DNA of 64,000 nucleotides from a virus (lineage: Duplodnaviria > Caudoviricetes), in IMG/VR virus record IMGVR_UViG_3300033074_000806, positions 32,001-96,000 of that record. One strand, written 5' to 3'. Each line of letters begins with the position of its first letter. Within the stretch, counting starts at the first letter, position 1. Under the pieces are notes generated by a model that saw only the letters and a program-made list of their open reading frames with translations, was not told the origin of the DNA and searched no databases. Below, in pieces: positions 19,439-29,071 of this stretch. The translations under genes and the position numbers were made by a program.

Positions 19439-22400
19439 ATGACAAAGCAAAAAATTAATAGCACCGACATAAAGCCTGACTATCTTACTAACGCTATAAC
19501 GTATGGAAATTTGAAGTCATCGTTAGATATTTCTAACGGATGGGCTGGGGATGAACTTAACTCAGCAGAATTTTATCAACGAGCAGTTGATAGGGTTATG
19601 GAATATGATAATTATTTAATAGACCAGGGCCCATCTGATTCCGACTCAGCTTTAGTTATTGGTCCATTAAGATACACCTATTCTGTCCAGTCTATAGAAG
19701 TTGCTGAGCAAAGAGCAATAAGCGCACCAGCCACCACACGTAGTAATAAGCCAGTCCTAGTTGACTCGGGTTCTGCCTACCAAAAGGCCAGTGTTACATT
19801 TACTTTTACAGGCGAAGAAGAGGTAAACAAGCATCTTAGGGCGCTGATAATACTATTTAAAGTATGTCCTATAATCTCTATAGAAAATGAGATGCTATCT
19901 AGGATGTGGTCCCCTAAGAGTGCCAAAATAATTGAAGATGTTAAAAGAAAGCTTTCTACTGTAAATGCTACGTCTGATGACCAAGCTTTAATAAATCAAA
20001 GCTATGAGGATTTTAAAGAAGCAGTAAGAACTGGTAAAAATTTGACAGACTATTTAAAAACAAATAGTAACAAAGCTTTTAACGATAGTGAAGTTAAAGC
20101 CATTATAAATGGTATATTTACAGATAGTATATTCAGTTTAAATGAACTTAATTACATTCCTGTTTGTTTAGAAGATCTATCAATACAGACTATACCTGAA
20201 ATTCCTGGTGCCTTAAATGTTTCTTTAGGCATATCACATATTGACGTATCATCTTCTACTGAGACTGGAGTCATAACTTATCTAGGTGCCAAGCCAGGAA
20301 CATTTGAGGTTAATCCTAGAAGAGCTCATTGGCTTAAAACTTGGATTAGAAAAATACTAAACTCAGAATATAATTCTGCATTCCCTAGGGTAGGGGTGGG
20401 TGGAGATTATGAAGGAGCCTTTAGCTACTTTAAGCTATCTTTTTATGACAAGGCTATTGGTAATCTATTGCCGTTAACTGGAAAGCCCGAGGACTTATCT
20501 ATTAATTCTGATTCACAGTCGAAAATATTGACACAAGCAATCAGTATATCAAATAAATTTGCATATCAAAGAATTGTAGGAAAGGCCCTTCCCTGTGTCC
20601 AGCATTTAGGGCTAACAGCAAACTCATTAACTTTAACCATCCAGTTTAGTGATTCAGAAACATCATTTGATCACTTTATGCAGTTTAAAGAGTTATCTGA
20701 TAAACTTTTTAGATCTGATTCTATAATAGATAGAACTATGGGATGGGCAGTAAGTTCACCTTTAGTTCAGCTATTAGGTCATAAAGGCGCTAACGTGTTC
20801 TTGCCGTTGAATATAAATGTCAACACAACGGAGCTCCCTGGTGTCAAAAATTGCACAATAACCTTATTAGAATCTAACGTTGACTTTAAAGAAAATACTC
20901 AGATCCTATTAGATGGTGGAGGAACTCCTTACAACGACTTAAAAGCCTTTTTACTTGGTGGTCAGGCAATTACAAGATACGACGATCTAACACAAACCAC
21001 TGATAAAAGAATAACAAGCTCGTTTATAGGGCTGTTCAATTATGATCAGACATTTAGAAACAATGTTACACCAACTAATTTAGCTACTTTAATATTAGAA
21101 CGGTCACCCGAATATCAGGCCCATTCAGTCTTATTCCCAAAGGATAGTAATGGATTTGAAGGAATTATAAATAGAGACTCTATAAGAGCTATGCTTTTTA
21201 GCTCTGTCCTAAGTAACTCAGTGGAGTTAAGAGAAGCTCTATTGAAACTTCCACTAGCTACTGGAAAAATATCAAATAGCAATCTTACACTTTCTAGCTT
21301 AGATGCATTCTTAATAGGTTTTTCTGATATTGGACTTTTTGGTCCAGGATCATTAGAAAGCGGCAAAGTAGGAACTCTTAAAGATGTGGCTTCCAAATTA
21401 GCTACAGAGCTATTTGAAATCAGCTCAGTCGAAACCCTTGAAATAACAGAGCTGATATTGCTATCTTTATTCGGTCTTCCAGAGAATGCCATAGCTGCTA
21501 TAAATAAAATAAAAGGATCAAAGTTAAAGCTATCAAACAAATTTAGAGAGGCTATATTTGATGTAATAGCAGCTAGACCATCGCCAATATCTTTGCTGTC
21601 TAAAACATATGATAGAGATGGACTATACATATCATTTAATATACTATATCTTGAGTATATAGCCAGTAAAGATCTTTACCCATCCTTTGATAAGGATGAG
21701 TCATTTAGTTCTGTAAATGATAGTGCATGGCGCCAATCTTGCTATAAAGATATAGAGCTTCCAAGCTATGAAGAACTTTTTGGTGATAGCTGGAGACATT
21801 TCGCTCCTACATATGATGATATTGGAATTAGTTATTATAGCTCTCGCGGAGCTTCTAAGCCTATTAACACTAATGAGAATAAACAAAATAACATTAGTGT
21901 GTCGGCCAAAGATAAAGTCCCGCCCTATGTTTGGTTTTATAACAAACGATTAAAAAATGAACTACGAAAGGGACTAGATTCAAATGCTCAGGGATATCTG
22001 TCTCTAGCAGAAAAAAGATATCTATCTATGAATCTTAGAACTATAAGGCAGTCTGAGCTTTTAAGAAGCCTAGATAAAAATAAATCAGCCGAACTAGAAA
22101 GAATTGCAAATGGTGAATCCTTATCTAACAAGGAAGTTAAAGGCACTGCAACTAGACTTGTAGAAATTATTACTCAAGCGTATTCAGATGACTTAGGAAA
22201 AATAGACATTGGCAGGTTCCAAGAAGATTTGGAATCTACTAGAGATTTAGTTAGACAAGAAGATAAGCTTTCTGCCTATGACTTTAATAACAGTAAGGTT
22301 AGTAAGTATAAAGTTTTCTATCAAGAGTATCTACATCCAAGTTCTCCAAAGAAAATTAACCTATATTTTACTACTACAGGAACACAAGATGATGGACCTT

Positions 22401-25400
22401 GCGGATATGTAAGCAGCAGGTTCCAAGTATCACCAATTGCTGGCGCTGCCTATATTAGGGTAATGCATGAATTAAAATACACTATACAGAAGAATGGATC
22501 TTTAAAGGATGCCTCGCCATTACATGACGAAGCTATGACTACTGTTGGAGCTGGTAACTTAGATGTTCAAAGACGTAATCAACGTGAAACTACACTTGAA
22601 ACTGTTAAAAGTTCTTTGTCTCAAATTCCAGATGACTATAATAGTATGTCAAAATTATGGCCGGCTGCTAAAGTTTATTTCCTAGAACGTAGAGGAAATG
22701 ATCTAATAGCTGACGATGTTTATTTTGCCACAGATAGCATTCTATCTATAGATATTACTGATGATAAAGATGATGCCCCATTGGCTGTTATAAAGATAGC
22801 GGATCCACTAAGGCTAATTCAAAACTCTACATTTGGCACGGGGAATATAGTATCTCAAAAGAATCTAAGTGTAGACGGAGATAAGGTATCTCCCGTCATT
22901 CTTGGAACTAGAAAAGCGAATCAGGAAGGCTTTATAAAGCAGCGTAAAATAGAACAAGGGAGAGCCATACAGATTAGATTAGGCTATGGAGCTAATCCAG
23001 ACCATCTGCCGATAGTGTTTACTGGTAGAATAACAGAGGTCGAGCCAGGTGATGAACTTACTATTGTGGCACAGGGCTGGAAAGCTGAGTTAATAAATAG
23101 ACAAGTCAATTTTTATTCTAACAATAGAAAGGTCTGGGGTGCTAAAGACTTAGTTATACAGACTATTCAGTTAGCAGATCCTGATGGAATGGGCCAGCAT
23201 ATTCCTGAAAAAGAAGCAAACGCAATAATTTCCAAGCTTAGAAATAATCAAGAAGGTGTAGTTGCTAACAGTCTTAATAACGCTGTAGATACTATCCTAG
23301 TAAAGGATTCTCCTAGCATCTTAACAGATATAACAAGGTTATTGCAACTAGATACATTAGACATTTATAATCCTGATGCAAGAAAGCCAGGTATCGATAC
23401 TAGATTTAAAAACATTTGGTATCCAGATATGTCAAAGACTATCAATAATTTCTTTAAATGGAGACAGTTCTTTGGCATACACGGGCCTGATTTTATAAAT
23501 GATTATTGGCTAGTCCCAATACAGCCTGCCTGGGATGTTATAAAAGAAGCCTCTAGGCACACTTGGAACTATATAGCTCAAGTTGTCCCATATGATGGAG
23601 AGTCTACTTTATTCTTTGGGCATCCAGACCAAATGTATTATTACACTAGAGGCCAAAAAACTAAGATAGATGAATGGAAAAAGTATGCTTCTCAGAAGCA
23701 AGAAGAATTATTTGACAAGGTCGTAAGATTAGTTTACGACTTTAAAAAGTGGGATGATAGTTCACCTACTATCACTTTTGAAGATATGCAGGTGCGCGCG
23801 TATATATTGCAAACTGGACATCGAATTAAAATCGGTATAGATTTTGCTGACAAAGTAGCTGATGATATAGTCGCTGGTAAGTTCAAGTATAGTTACAAAG
23901 CTTTTAAGGAAGCAGCTAAAAAGGATCCTCGCGTTATCCAAGCTATAAAATCTTCTGGAGTTACCAAAGCCAATATTGCAGAACTAGATAACATACTCTC
24001 GGCTAATAGCATCCCGTTACTACTTTATCTATTCTATGGTATAAAGCCGAATCGATTATTTTTGTGGCCCAATTATGATAAGGTAATTAGAACCTTACTA
24101 GGTCCACTAAATGACAGCACTATAAATCTATATAATGAAATTAAAAAAGTTGACACCAGGCTATTGGAATTAGTCAATGCGGATGTATTGGCCTCAGGTG
24201 TTTCAAGCTCATCTTTACTTAAGGCCAGGGATGTTCTGGACGAACTTAGATTTCAAATAAACACTACAAAAAGGCATACAATAGATGCTAAGGACTTTCT
24301 AGACCAGCTGAGATTTCATCTAAAGACAACAAGCTCTTCATTGTTAGACTTATTATCTAATCTAGATAAGACTACTAAGCCTAAGACTGTTGGCACTAGG
24401 TTCACAAGAGAGGTCAAAGTATTCTCCGCAAAAGACTTTAGTGCCATAAAAGCCATCAAAGCTTTAACAGCTGCAATTGAATTATCACTGGGTTCAAACA
24501 AAAATGTAGCCTTTACATCTATATACCCTACTCCAGATACCGCTACTATCGAAGAATTGCTAGACCAAAGCGATTATTTATTTAAAGCTTTTGTTGGATA
24601 TTTCCTACAGTTTTTAAAGTCTACCAACCAAAAGGAAATAACCGCAGTTGGCACATCTATAAAAGACTCTACTAACTTTCCTAATATGAAAGTGTTTAGA
24701 GTCCATCATTATATTGATAGTGACAAGGATATTATAGAGAATAATATTGTTGCTACTACAACACAGATGTGGAATACTGTTGTAATAAATAGACCAGCAG
24801 AAAATCCTGCTGATACTACTATTACCGATGGCACGCAACTAAACCAAGGAACCCAAGTAAAAACGACTGTTAACTGGGTCTATTGGCCTAAGCCGGCGAT
24901 CAGTAAAGTTATTGGATTGCAATTCCACCCTGGCATCTCTTTAGCTAATAAGAAGGTTAAATTATGCACAGAACTAAACTGCATAAGTGATGAACTAGCT
25001 GCAAAATTGGCATGTAATAACCTAGCTGAAGGTATCAAAAAAATGTATCGCGGGACTCTATCTATTAGAGGAAGATATGTAAAGCCTTACGATCGCATTG
25101 TATTAAATGATAGGTTTAATGGAATGAAGGGGCCGCTAGAGGTGGAGAGCGTAATCCATCACTTTAATCCTCAAGTAGGCTGGGTAACTAATATTATTCC
25201 TCAAGCTGTGTGCGATTCCAATCCTGGAGCAGCAGTAATTCAAACTGCTATTATAGAAGCTAATTTTGAGCGCGTTATGAATGTAGTAGATACATTTTTT
25301 AATGCAGCATATCTTGGGACTATCTTAGCAGCTCCGGGAGTAGGAACAGCCCTAAAGGCTGTTACTAAAGGCGTTCCGGCTGTATTTAACACTAGCCTAA

Positions 25401-25804
25401 AAGGATCGTTTGGGATTATAACGAATTCTATTAAATCGCTATCATCAAGCCTTGCCAGGTTTAATTACAATCCAATTACGGCAGCCAGCTTCTTAGCTAA
25501 TAGATATCGTGGAACAGCTAAACTATTATTTACCTCGTATCTAATAGAACAAGTAGTAGGATCTATAGCACAACATAGTTCTAATTTTTTGATAGCAACT
25601 TCTTGGGCAGAAGGTGCATCGGATAAGGATAAAACCGCTCAGCTTCCTGTTATATTATCGCCACTGATTTTTAATGGGGCGCCATGGACCGCTGGTCTAG
25701 AAGCTGATGATATCTTATTCAATGTTCCATTTTACGATACATACTATAACTTTCATGATCTAAAAACTGCCTTTAATGATTATATAGGAGCTTTAAATAG
25801 ATGA
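19439..25804 (+). CDS. giant baseplate hub protein (T4 gp27 / Mu gp44 / P2 gpD-like) with N-terminal tube-like domains (2121 aa)
   Basis: GRAIQIRLGYGAN...IVFTGRITEVEPGDELTIVAQG, STLFFGHP and MYRGTLSIRG...VKPYDRIVLND...EVESVIHHF...GWVTNI are hub-family motifs. Confidence 0.75.
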   Translation: MTKQKINSTDIKPDYLTNAITYGNLKSSLDISNGWAGDELNSAEFYQRAVDRVMEYDNYLIDQGPSDSDSALVIGPLRYTYSVQSIEVAEQRAISAPATTRSNKPVLVDSGSAYQKASVTFTFTGEEEVNKHLRALIILFKVCPIISIENEMLSRMWSPKSAKIIEDVKRKLSTVNATSDDQALINQSYEDFKEAVRTGKNLTDYLKTNSNKAFNDSEVKAIINGIFTDSIFSLNELNYIPVCLEDLSIQTIPEIPGALNVSLGISHIDVSSSTETGVITYLGAKPGTFEVNPRRAHWLKTWIRKILNSEYNSAFPRVGVGGDYEGAFSYFKLSFYDKAIGNLLPLTGKPEDLSINSDSQSKILTQAISISNKFAYQRIVGKALPCVQHLGLTANSLTLTIQFSDSETSFDHFMQFKELSDKLFRSDSIIDRTMGWAVSSPLVQLLGHKGANVFLPLNINVNTTELPGVKNCTITLLESNVDFKENTQILLDGGGTPYNDLKAFLLGGQAITRYDDLTQTTDKRITSSFIGLFNYDQTFRNNVTPTNLATLILERSPEYQAHSVLFPKDSNGFEGIINRDSIRAMLFSSVLSNSVELREALLKLPLATGKISNSNLTLSSLDAFLIGFSDIGLFGPGSLESGKVGTLKDVASKLATELFEISSVETLEITELILLSLFGLPENAIAAINKIKGSKLKLSNKFREAIFDVIAARPSPISLLSKTYDRDGLYISFNILYLEYIASKDLYPSFDKDESFSSVNDSAWRQSCYKDIELPSYEELFGDSWRHFAPTYDDIGISYYSSRGASKPINTNENKQNNISVSAKDKVPPYVWFYNKRLKNELRKGLDSNAQGYLSLAEKRYLSMNLRTIRQSELLRSLDKNKSAELERIANGESLSNKEVKGTATRLVEIITQAYSDDLGKIDIGRFQEDLESTRDLVRQEDKLSAYDFNNSKVSKYKVFYQEYLHPSSPKKINLYFTTTGTQDDGPCGYVSSRFQVSPIAGAAYIRVMHELKYTIQKNGSLKDASPLHDEAMTTVGAGNLDVQRRNQRETTLETVKSSLSQIPDDYNSMSKLWPAAKVYFLERRGNDLIADDVYFATDSILSIDITDDKDDAPLAVIKIADPLRLIQNSTFGTGNIVSQKNLSVDGDKVSPVILGTRKANQEGFIKQRKIEQGRAIQIRLGYGANPDHLPIVFTGRITEVEPGDELTIVAQGWKAELINRQVNFYSNNRKVWGAKDLVIQTIQLADPDGMGQHIPEKEANAIISKLRNNQEGVVANSLNNAVDTILVKDSPSILTDITRLLQLDTLDIYNPDARKPGIDTRFKNIWYPDMSKTINNFFKWRQFFGIHGPDFINDYWLVPIQPAWDVIKEASRHTWNYIAQVVPYDGESTLFFGHPDQMYYYTRGQKTKIDEWKKYASQKQEELFDKVVRLVYDFKKWDDSSPTITFEDMQVRAYILQTGHRIKIGIDFADKVADDIVAGKFKYSYKAFKEAAKKDPRVIQAIKSSGVTKANIAELDNILSANSIPLLLYLFYGIKPNRLFLWPNYDKVIRTLLGPLNDSTINLYNEIKKVDTRLLELVNADVLASGVSSSSLLKARDVLDELRFQINTTKRHTIDAKDFLDQLRFHLKTTSSSLLDLLSNLDKTTKPKTVGTRFTREVKVFSAKDFSAIKAIKALTAAIELSLGSNKNVAFTSIYPTPDTATIEELLDQSDYLFKAFVGYFLQFLKSTNQKEITAVGTSIKDSTNFPNMKVFRVHHYIDSDKDIIENNIVATTTQMWNTVVINRPAENPADTTITDGTQLNQGTQVKTTVNWVYWPKPAISKVIGLQFHPGISLANKKVKLCTELNCISDELAAKLACNNLAEGIKKMYRGTLSIRGRYVKPYDRIVLNDRFNGMKGPLEVESVIHHFNPQVGWVTNIIPQAVCDSNPGAAVIQTAIIEANFERVMNVVDTFFNAAYLGTILAAPGVGTALKAVTKGVPAVFNTSLKGSFGIITNSIKSLSSSLARFNYNPITAASFLANRYRGTAKLLFTSYLIEQVVGSIAQHSSNFLIATSWAEGASDKDKTAQLPVILSPLIFNGAPWTAGLEADDILFNVPFYDTYYNFHDLKTAFNDYIGALNR

Positions 25805-26352
25805 ACTTAACTAACACAATAAGATCATCTGCAGCTATTGATAGTAGACGAGTAGCTGGTGGAACATACTGTAAAATAATAAACAGTATCAAAATTTTAA
25901 CGCTACTAAAGAAATATAACTGTATCCCAATATACACTAATATTAATCCCTTAACAGGCTATGATGTAAAATCTGGATTAGCATTCGTCGTTCCTAACCA
26001 TTCCTTATTTGCTTTTTCTCAGCTAGATGAAGCTCTGTTAACTTTATCAAGTGAACAACTTCAATTAGTCAAACTACTAAAAGAGAAGAATAAAGATAGT
26101 GAACTTACGGCAGATGATGTGGCTAAGATTAGCGCCACCATACAAGATTCGGAACAAACTATCCTTGAACAATTAAACAGCATGATACTTTTAGTAAGGC
26201 TTCGCTATGATGCTCTACTAGGTATCCCTGATGCCAGACTGCATGATGTATTTATTGAGACTCAAGAAGTTATGCCGCCCGAAGCTTATATAGTAACACG
26301 ATCAAATATTTATCAAGACCCGAATATCAATAAGGAAATTAAGCCAAGATGA
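25801..26352 (+). CDS. hypothetical baseplate-region protein
   Basis: ATGA-coupled 183-aa ORF with phage-like codon usage. No recognised motif. Confidence 0.6.
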   Translation: MNLTNTIRSSAAIDSRRVAGGTYCKIINSIKILTLLKKYNCIPIYTNINPLTGYDVKSGLAFVVPNHSLFAFSQLDEALLTLSSEQLQLVKLLKEKNKDSELTADDVAKISATIQDSEQTILEQLNSMILLVRLRYDALLGIPDARLHDVFIETQEVMPPEAYIVTRSNIYQDPNINKEIKPR

Positions 26353-26972
26353 ATCCACAATCAATAGCTGGCTCCGCTATAGGAGCAAAAACTGCAGCCC
26401 AGTCTGACCTAGAGTCAAAGGTATTGCTAGAATCAGACTTAGTAGGCTCATACAACGATCAAAATATTGATACTATTAATGCTACAAAGTTTCCTACTGC
26501 CGATAATAGCGTAGCTTATCTGGCGAATGGCACTGTGAGCATATCAAAAGAAGACGGCAGATTTGTGTTTAGCAACAACTCGCCCAGACCTTCACCTGGT
26601 GCTTTAAGACTAGATCAAGGAAAAGGAACCATTACCTCTACAGCTACAGAGATGAAAATTGGTTCAGAGACTATCAAAACTTTGACAGGATTAATAATGA
26701 ATCCTTCATTGGTTATTAGGCCAAGTAGTAATATAACTCCAGAAAAACAATGGCTAAAAAGTCTTTTCCCAATCTTAACAGATAGCGATTATCGTTGTAT
26801 TTTTATGTATAGGCTCATACAGGCCAGCTTATTTGCCGCCCTAAAAGCTCTAGATACTACAAAAAATAAAACAAGTTATCAAGAACATCGATCCTATAAA
26901 GACCTTGGAACTCAGATAATTGAGAACCAAGAACTTGAAAGAAAAATACTCGACGGTAAGATAAAAAATTGA
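26349..26972 (+). CDS. hypothetical protein, possibly central spike (gpV/gp45-like)
   Basis: Lies between hub and gp25. Short beta-strand repeats GTVSISKEDGRFVF...ALRLDQGKGTITSTATEMKIG. Confidence 0.35.
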   Translation: MNPQSIAGSAIGAKTAAQSDLESKVLLESDLVGSYNDQNIDTINATKFPTADNSVAYLANGTVSISKEDGRFVFSNNSPRPSPGALRLDQGKGTITSTATEMKIGSETIKTLTGLIMNPSLVIRPSSNITPEKQWLKSLFPILTDSDYRCIFMYRLIQASLFAALKALDTTKNKTSYQEHRSYKDLGTQIIENQELERKILDGKIKN

Positions 26973-26995
26973 CTGTAAAAAATATTCGCTAAAAT
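26969..26995 (+). promoter_or_regulatory. possible sigma70-like promoter giving a leaderless transcript
   Basis: TTGACT(26969-74), 15 nt spacer, TAAAAT(26990-95), with an A-tract upstream. The predicted +1 falls at ATG 27001, which has no SD. The spacer is short. Confidence 0.3.
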
Positions 26996-27000
26996 AACAT

Positions 27001-27441
27001 ATGAATACCTACTTTCTTCAAGATATAGGCGCAACCTTTTCAGGAGATCTAGTCATAGATTCAAAAGGTGATTTAAAGCTAGCGGACTCATACGAAACCC
27101 AAAAATCACTGACAAATTTTTGGCTCCGTACAGATCAAGGTGAGTATGTTCCTAACCCTTCTGTTGGCTGCAACTTAGGATCATTTATCGGTGAACAGAA
27201 CTCAGCCAAGAATCTTGGTCTAATTGAATCCCAAACTTATAATATTTTAGTTAGGAATATTTGGCAGGCTGAGGATATAAAAATTAGAGTTGTCCCATTG
27301 GATCATCAAGAATTAATGATAGCCTTACAGCTTAGAGGTAAGTTTGCTAATTCAAGCGGCAACTTTATTAATATAATTCCTGAAGTAATAGCCTATTCTT
27401 TTCCATATATCACAGCTGAACCAACTCCTATTATAGAATAA
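27001..27441 (+). CDS. gp25-like baseplate wedge / sheath-initiator protein
   Basis: GDLVIDSKGDLKL...LRTDQGEYVPNPSVGCNLGSFIGE pattern, directly upstream of baseplate J. Confidence 0.8.
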   Translation: MNTYFLQDIGATFSGDLVIDSKGDLKLADSYETQKSLTNFWLRTDQGEYVPNPSVGCNLGSFIGEQNSAKNLGLIESQTYNILVRNIWQAEDIKIRVVPLDHQELMIALQLRGKFANSSGNFINIIPEVIAYSFPYITAEPTPIIE

Positions 27442-27445
27442 TCAT

Positions 27446-28600
27446 ATGGGAATAAGACCAAGAACATATAATGAAATGGTATCCGATGCCATAACTTACC
27501 TATCAAATAATACTAATATAACATATCTAGAAGCAGGATCTATTGCCAGAGCATTAGTAGACGCTACTATGCTAGAAGTCGCTAAGCTACAAGATTTCGT
27601 AGTTACTAATTTTGAAAACTCATTTCTTTCAAATGCTAAAGGGCCATATTTAGATATCATTGGTAATAGCTTTGGTATAGCTAGAAAGCTAGAAGGTCGT
27701 GCCAAAGTTTACAAAGAAGATGCTGCCATTAGGTTCTACGTAAGATCTGGAACACTCGGCCAAAGACTTCCACATCCAACGGATAATACAAAAGGACTAA
27801 TTCCAGCAAACACGACTGTAACTAATCCTGACGGAACTGCACAATATTCAGTATCAGAAGACTTGTTGTTTCCAATCAATGCCAAAAGTGTTTATGTAGA
27901 CGCTATAGCCAGCTCAACTGGATCTGCAGGAAACATTGGCGTAAATCAATTAACCGTCAATAGCTTAAACATTTCTGATGTCTACTCTACTAACGATATT
28001 ACTATTACCGTAGGATCAGATCAAGAATCTGATGATGCCTATAGGTATAGAATAAGTAAGGCTTTTACTACCAAGTTTGGTGCTACTTCAGCTTCTATAG
28101 CTACAGCCGCTAATTCAATTGCTGGCGTATCAGTTTCGGAGCTAGTCCCATTTGCTAGAGGAGCTGGAACTTTTGATGTCTTATTAGTTCCTCGTGGCAA
28201 TAGATTAAGTAAATCCACTAAAGATCAGGCTTTGCGCGCAATCGAGTCTGTGACTGCTTATGGCATCTCAGCTAGAATAAAAGAGCCAGAGTATATACCT
28301 ATCTGTTTAACTGTTAAGTTGCGCTTTGCTTCAGGAACTGAGCAGGGTGAACAAACTGCGTTAAGAGATTTAGTCCAGAGTGTTATATTGAACTTCTTAG
28401 GTGGTATAAAAATAGGTGGCGAATTAATTATTAATCAACTAAAAGCTGCCATATTAAACACTAATCAGCAAATTTTAGATGTCAATATATTAGAGCTTTG
28501 CATAGACGGTCGGCCCCGAGGTATACGGGATTATAAACTGGCTAGCGATGAGCTTCTTATACCAGATGAAGACAATAGTGACCCAATACAAGTATTATAG
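27446..28600 (+). CDS. baseplate J / Mu gp47-like wedge protein
   Basis: GSIARALVDA, FLSNAKGPYLDIIG...GIAR, TGSAGNIGVNQL, GSDQESDDAYRYRI, RGAGTFDV, IKIGGELIINQL. Confidence 0.92.
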   Translation: MGIRPRTYNEMVSDAITYLSNNTNITYLEAGSIARALVDATMLEVAKLQDFVVTNFENSFLSNAKGPYLDIIGNSFGIARKLEGRAKVYKEDAAIRFYVRSGTLGQRLPHPTDNTKGLIPANTTVTNPDGTAQYSVSEDLLFPINAKSVYVDAIASSTGSAGNIGVNQLTVNSLNISDVYSTNDITITVGSDQESDDAYRYRISKAFTTKFGATSASIATAANSIAGVSVSELVPFARGAGTFDVLLVPRGNRLSKSTKDQALRAIESVTAYGISARIKEPEYIPICLTVKLRFASGTEQGEQTALRDLVQSVILNFLGGIKIGGELIINQLKAAILNTNQQILDVNILELCIDGRPRGIRDYKLASDELLIPDEDNSDPIQVL

Positions 28601-28603
28601 TCC

Positions 28604-29071
28604 ATGTTAAACTTTTATAAACCAATCTATAATCCCACTGGCTTAACTGGACTGTGCGGAGGAGCTATAACTACTGGAACTTTTAACGGTGTTATAAATG
28701 AAATATTCACGCACGTTTCAGCTCCACCATCTGGATCTACTGGTGTTTTCTATCAATATAGAAAAGTCTATTTAAAAAACAATTATTTGACATCAGTAAC
28801 GACAGTTGGTTTATATGTGGATGCAATAGAGCATCCAGAACAAATTCAAATTGGTATTGAGACTGGTGCAAATCAGATATGTTCTTCACCAACTGGCGCT
28901 CCTACTGGAGTGTCATTTTCTGAATATACTGGCTACCAATCATCATTACAAATAGGAACTCTAGCGGCAGGCACCTATACCGGCGTTTGGCTGCGACAAA
29001 CTTTATCAGGAATAATCCAATCAGATCCATATGCAACATTTAGGTTGTATGGTGCAGGAGTAGTAAGTTAA
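28604..29071 (+). CDS. small baseplate-associated beta-sandwich structural protein
   Basis: YRKVYLKN...LAAGTYTGVWLR motif seen in phage baseplate-region proteins. TG-rich. Confidence 0.5.
   Translation: MLNFYKPIYNPTGLTGLCGGAITTGTFNGVINEIFTHVSAPPSGSTGVFYQYRKVYLKNNYLTSVTTVGLYVDAIEHPEQIQIGIETGANQICSSPTGAPTGVSFSEYTGYQSSLQIGTLAAGTYTGVWLRQTLSGIIQSDPYATFRLYGAGVVS

Noticed and set aside
4877-28600. Bacterial contractile injection system (eCIS/tailocin/T6SS) rather than a phage
   Set aside because: Neck/head-closure-like genes, an RNAP-like ejection protein and the scale of the module point to a DNA-delivering phage. No eCIS AAA ATPase or T6SS membrane genes are present. The capsid genes are outside the window, so this is not formally proven.
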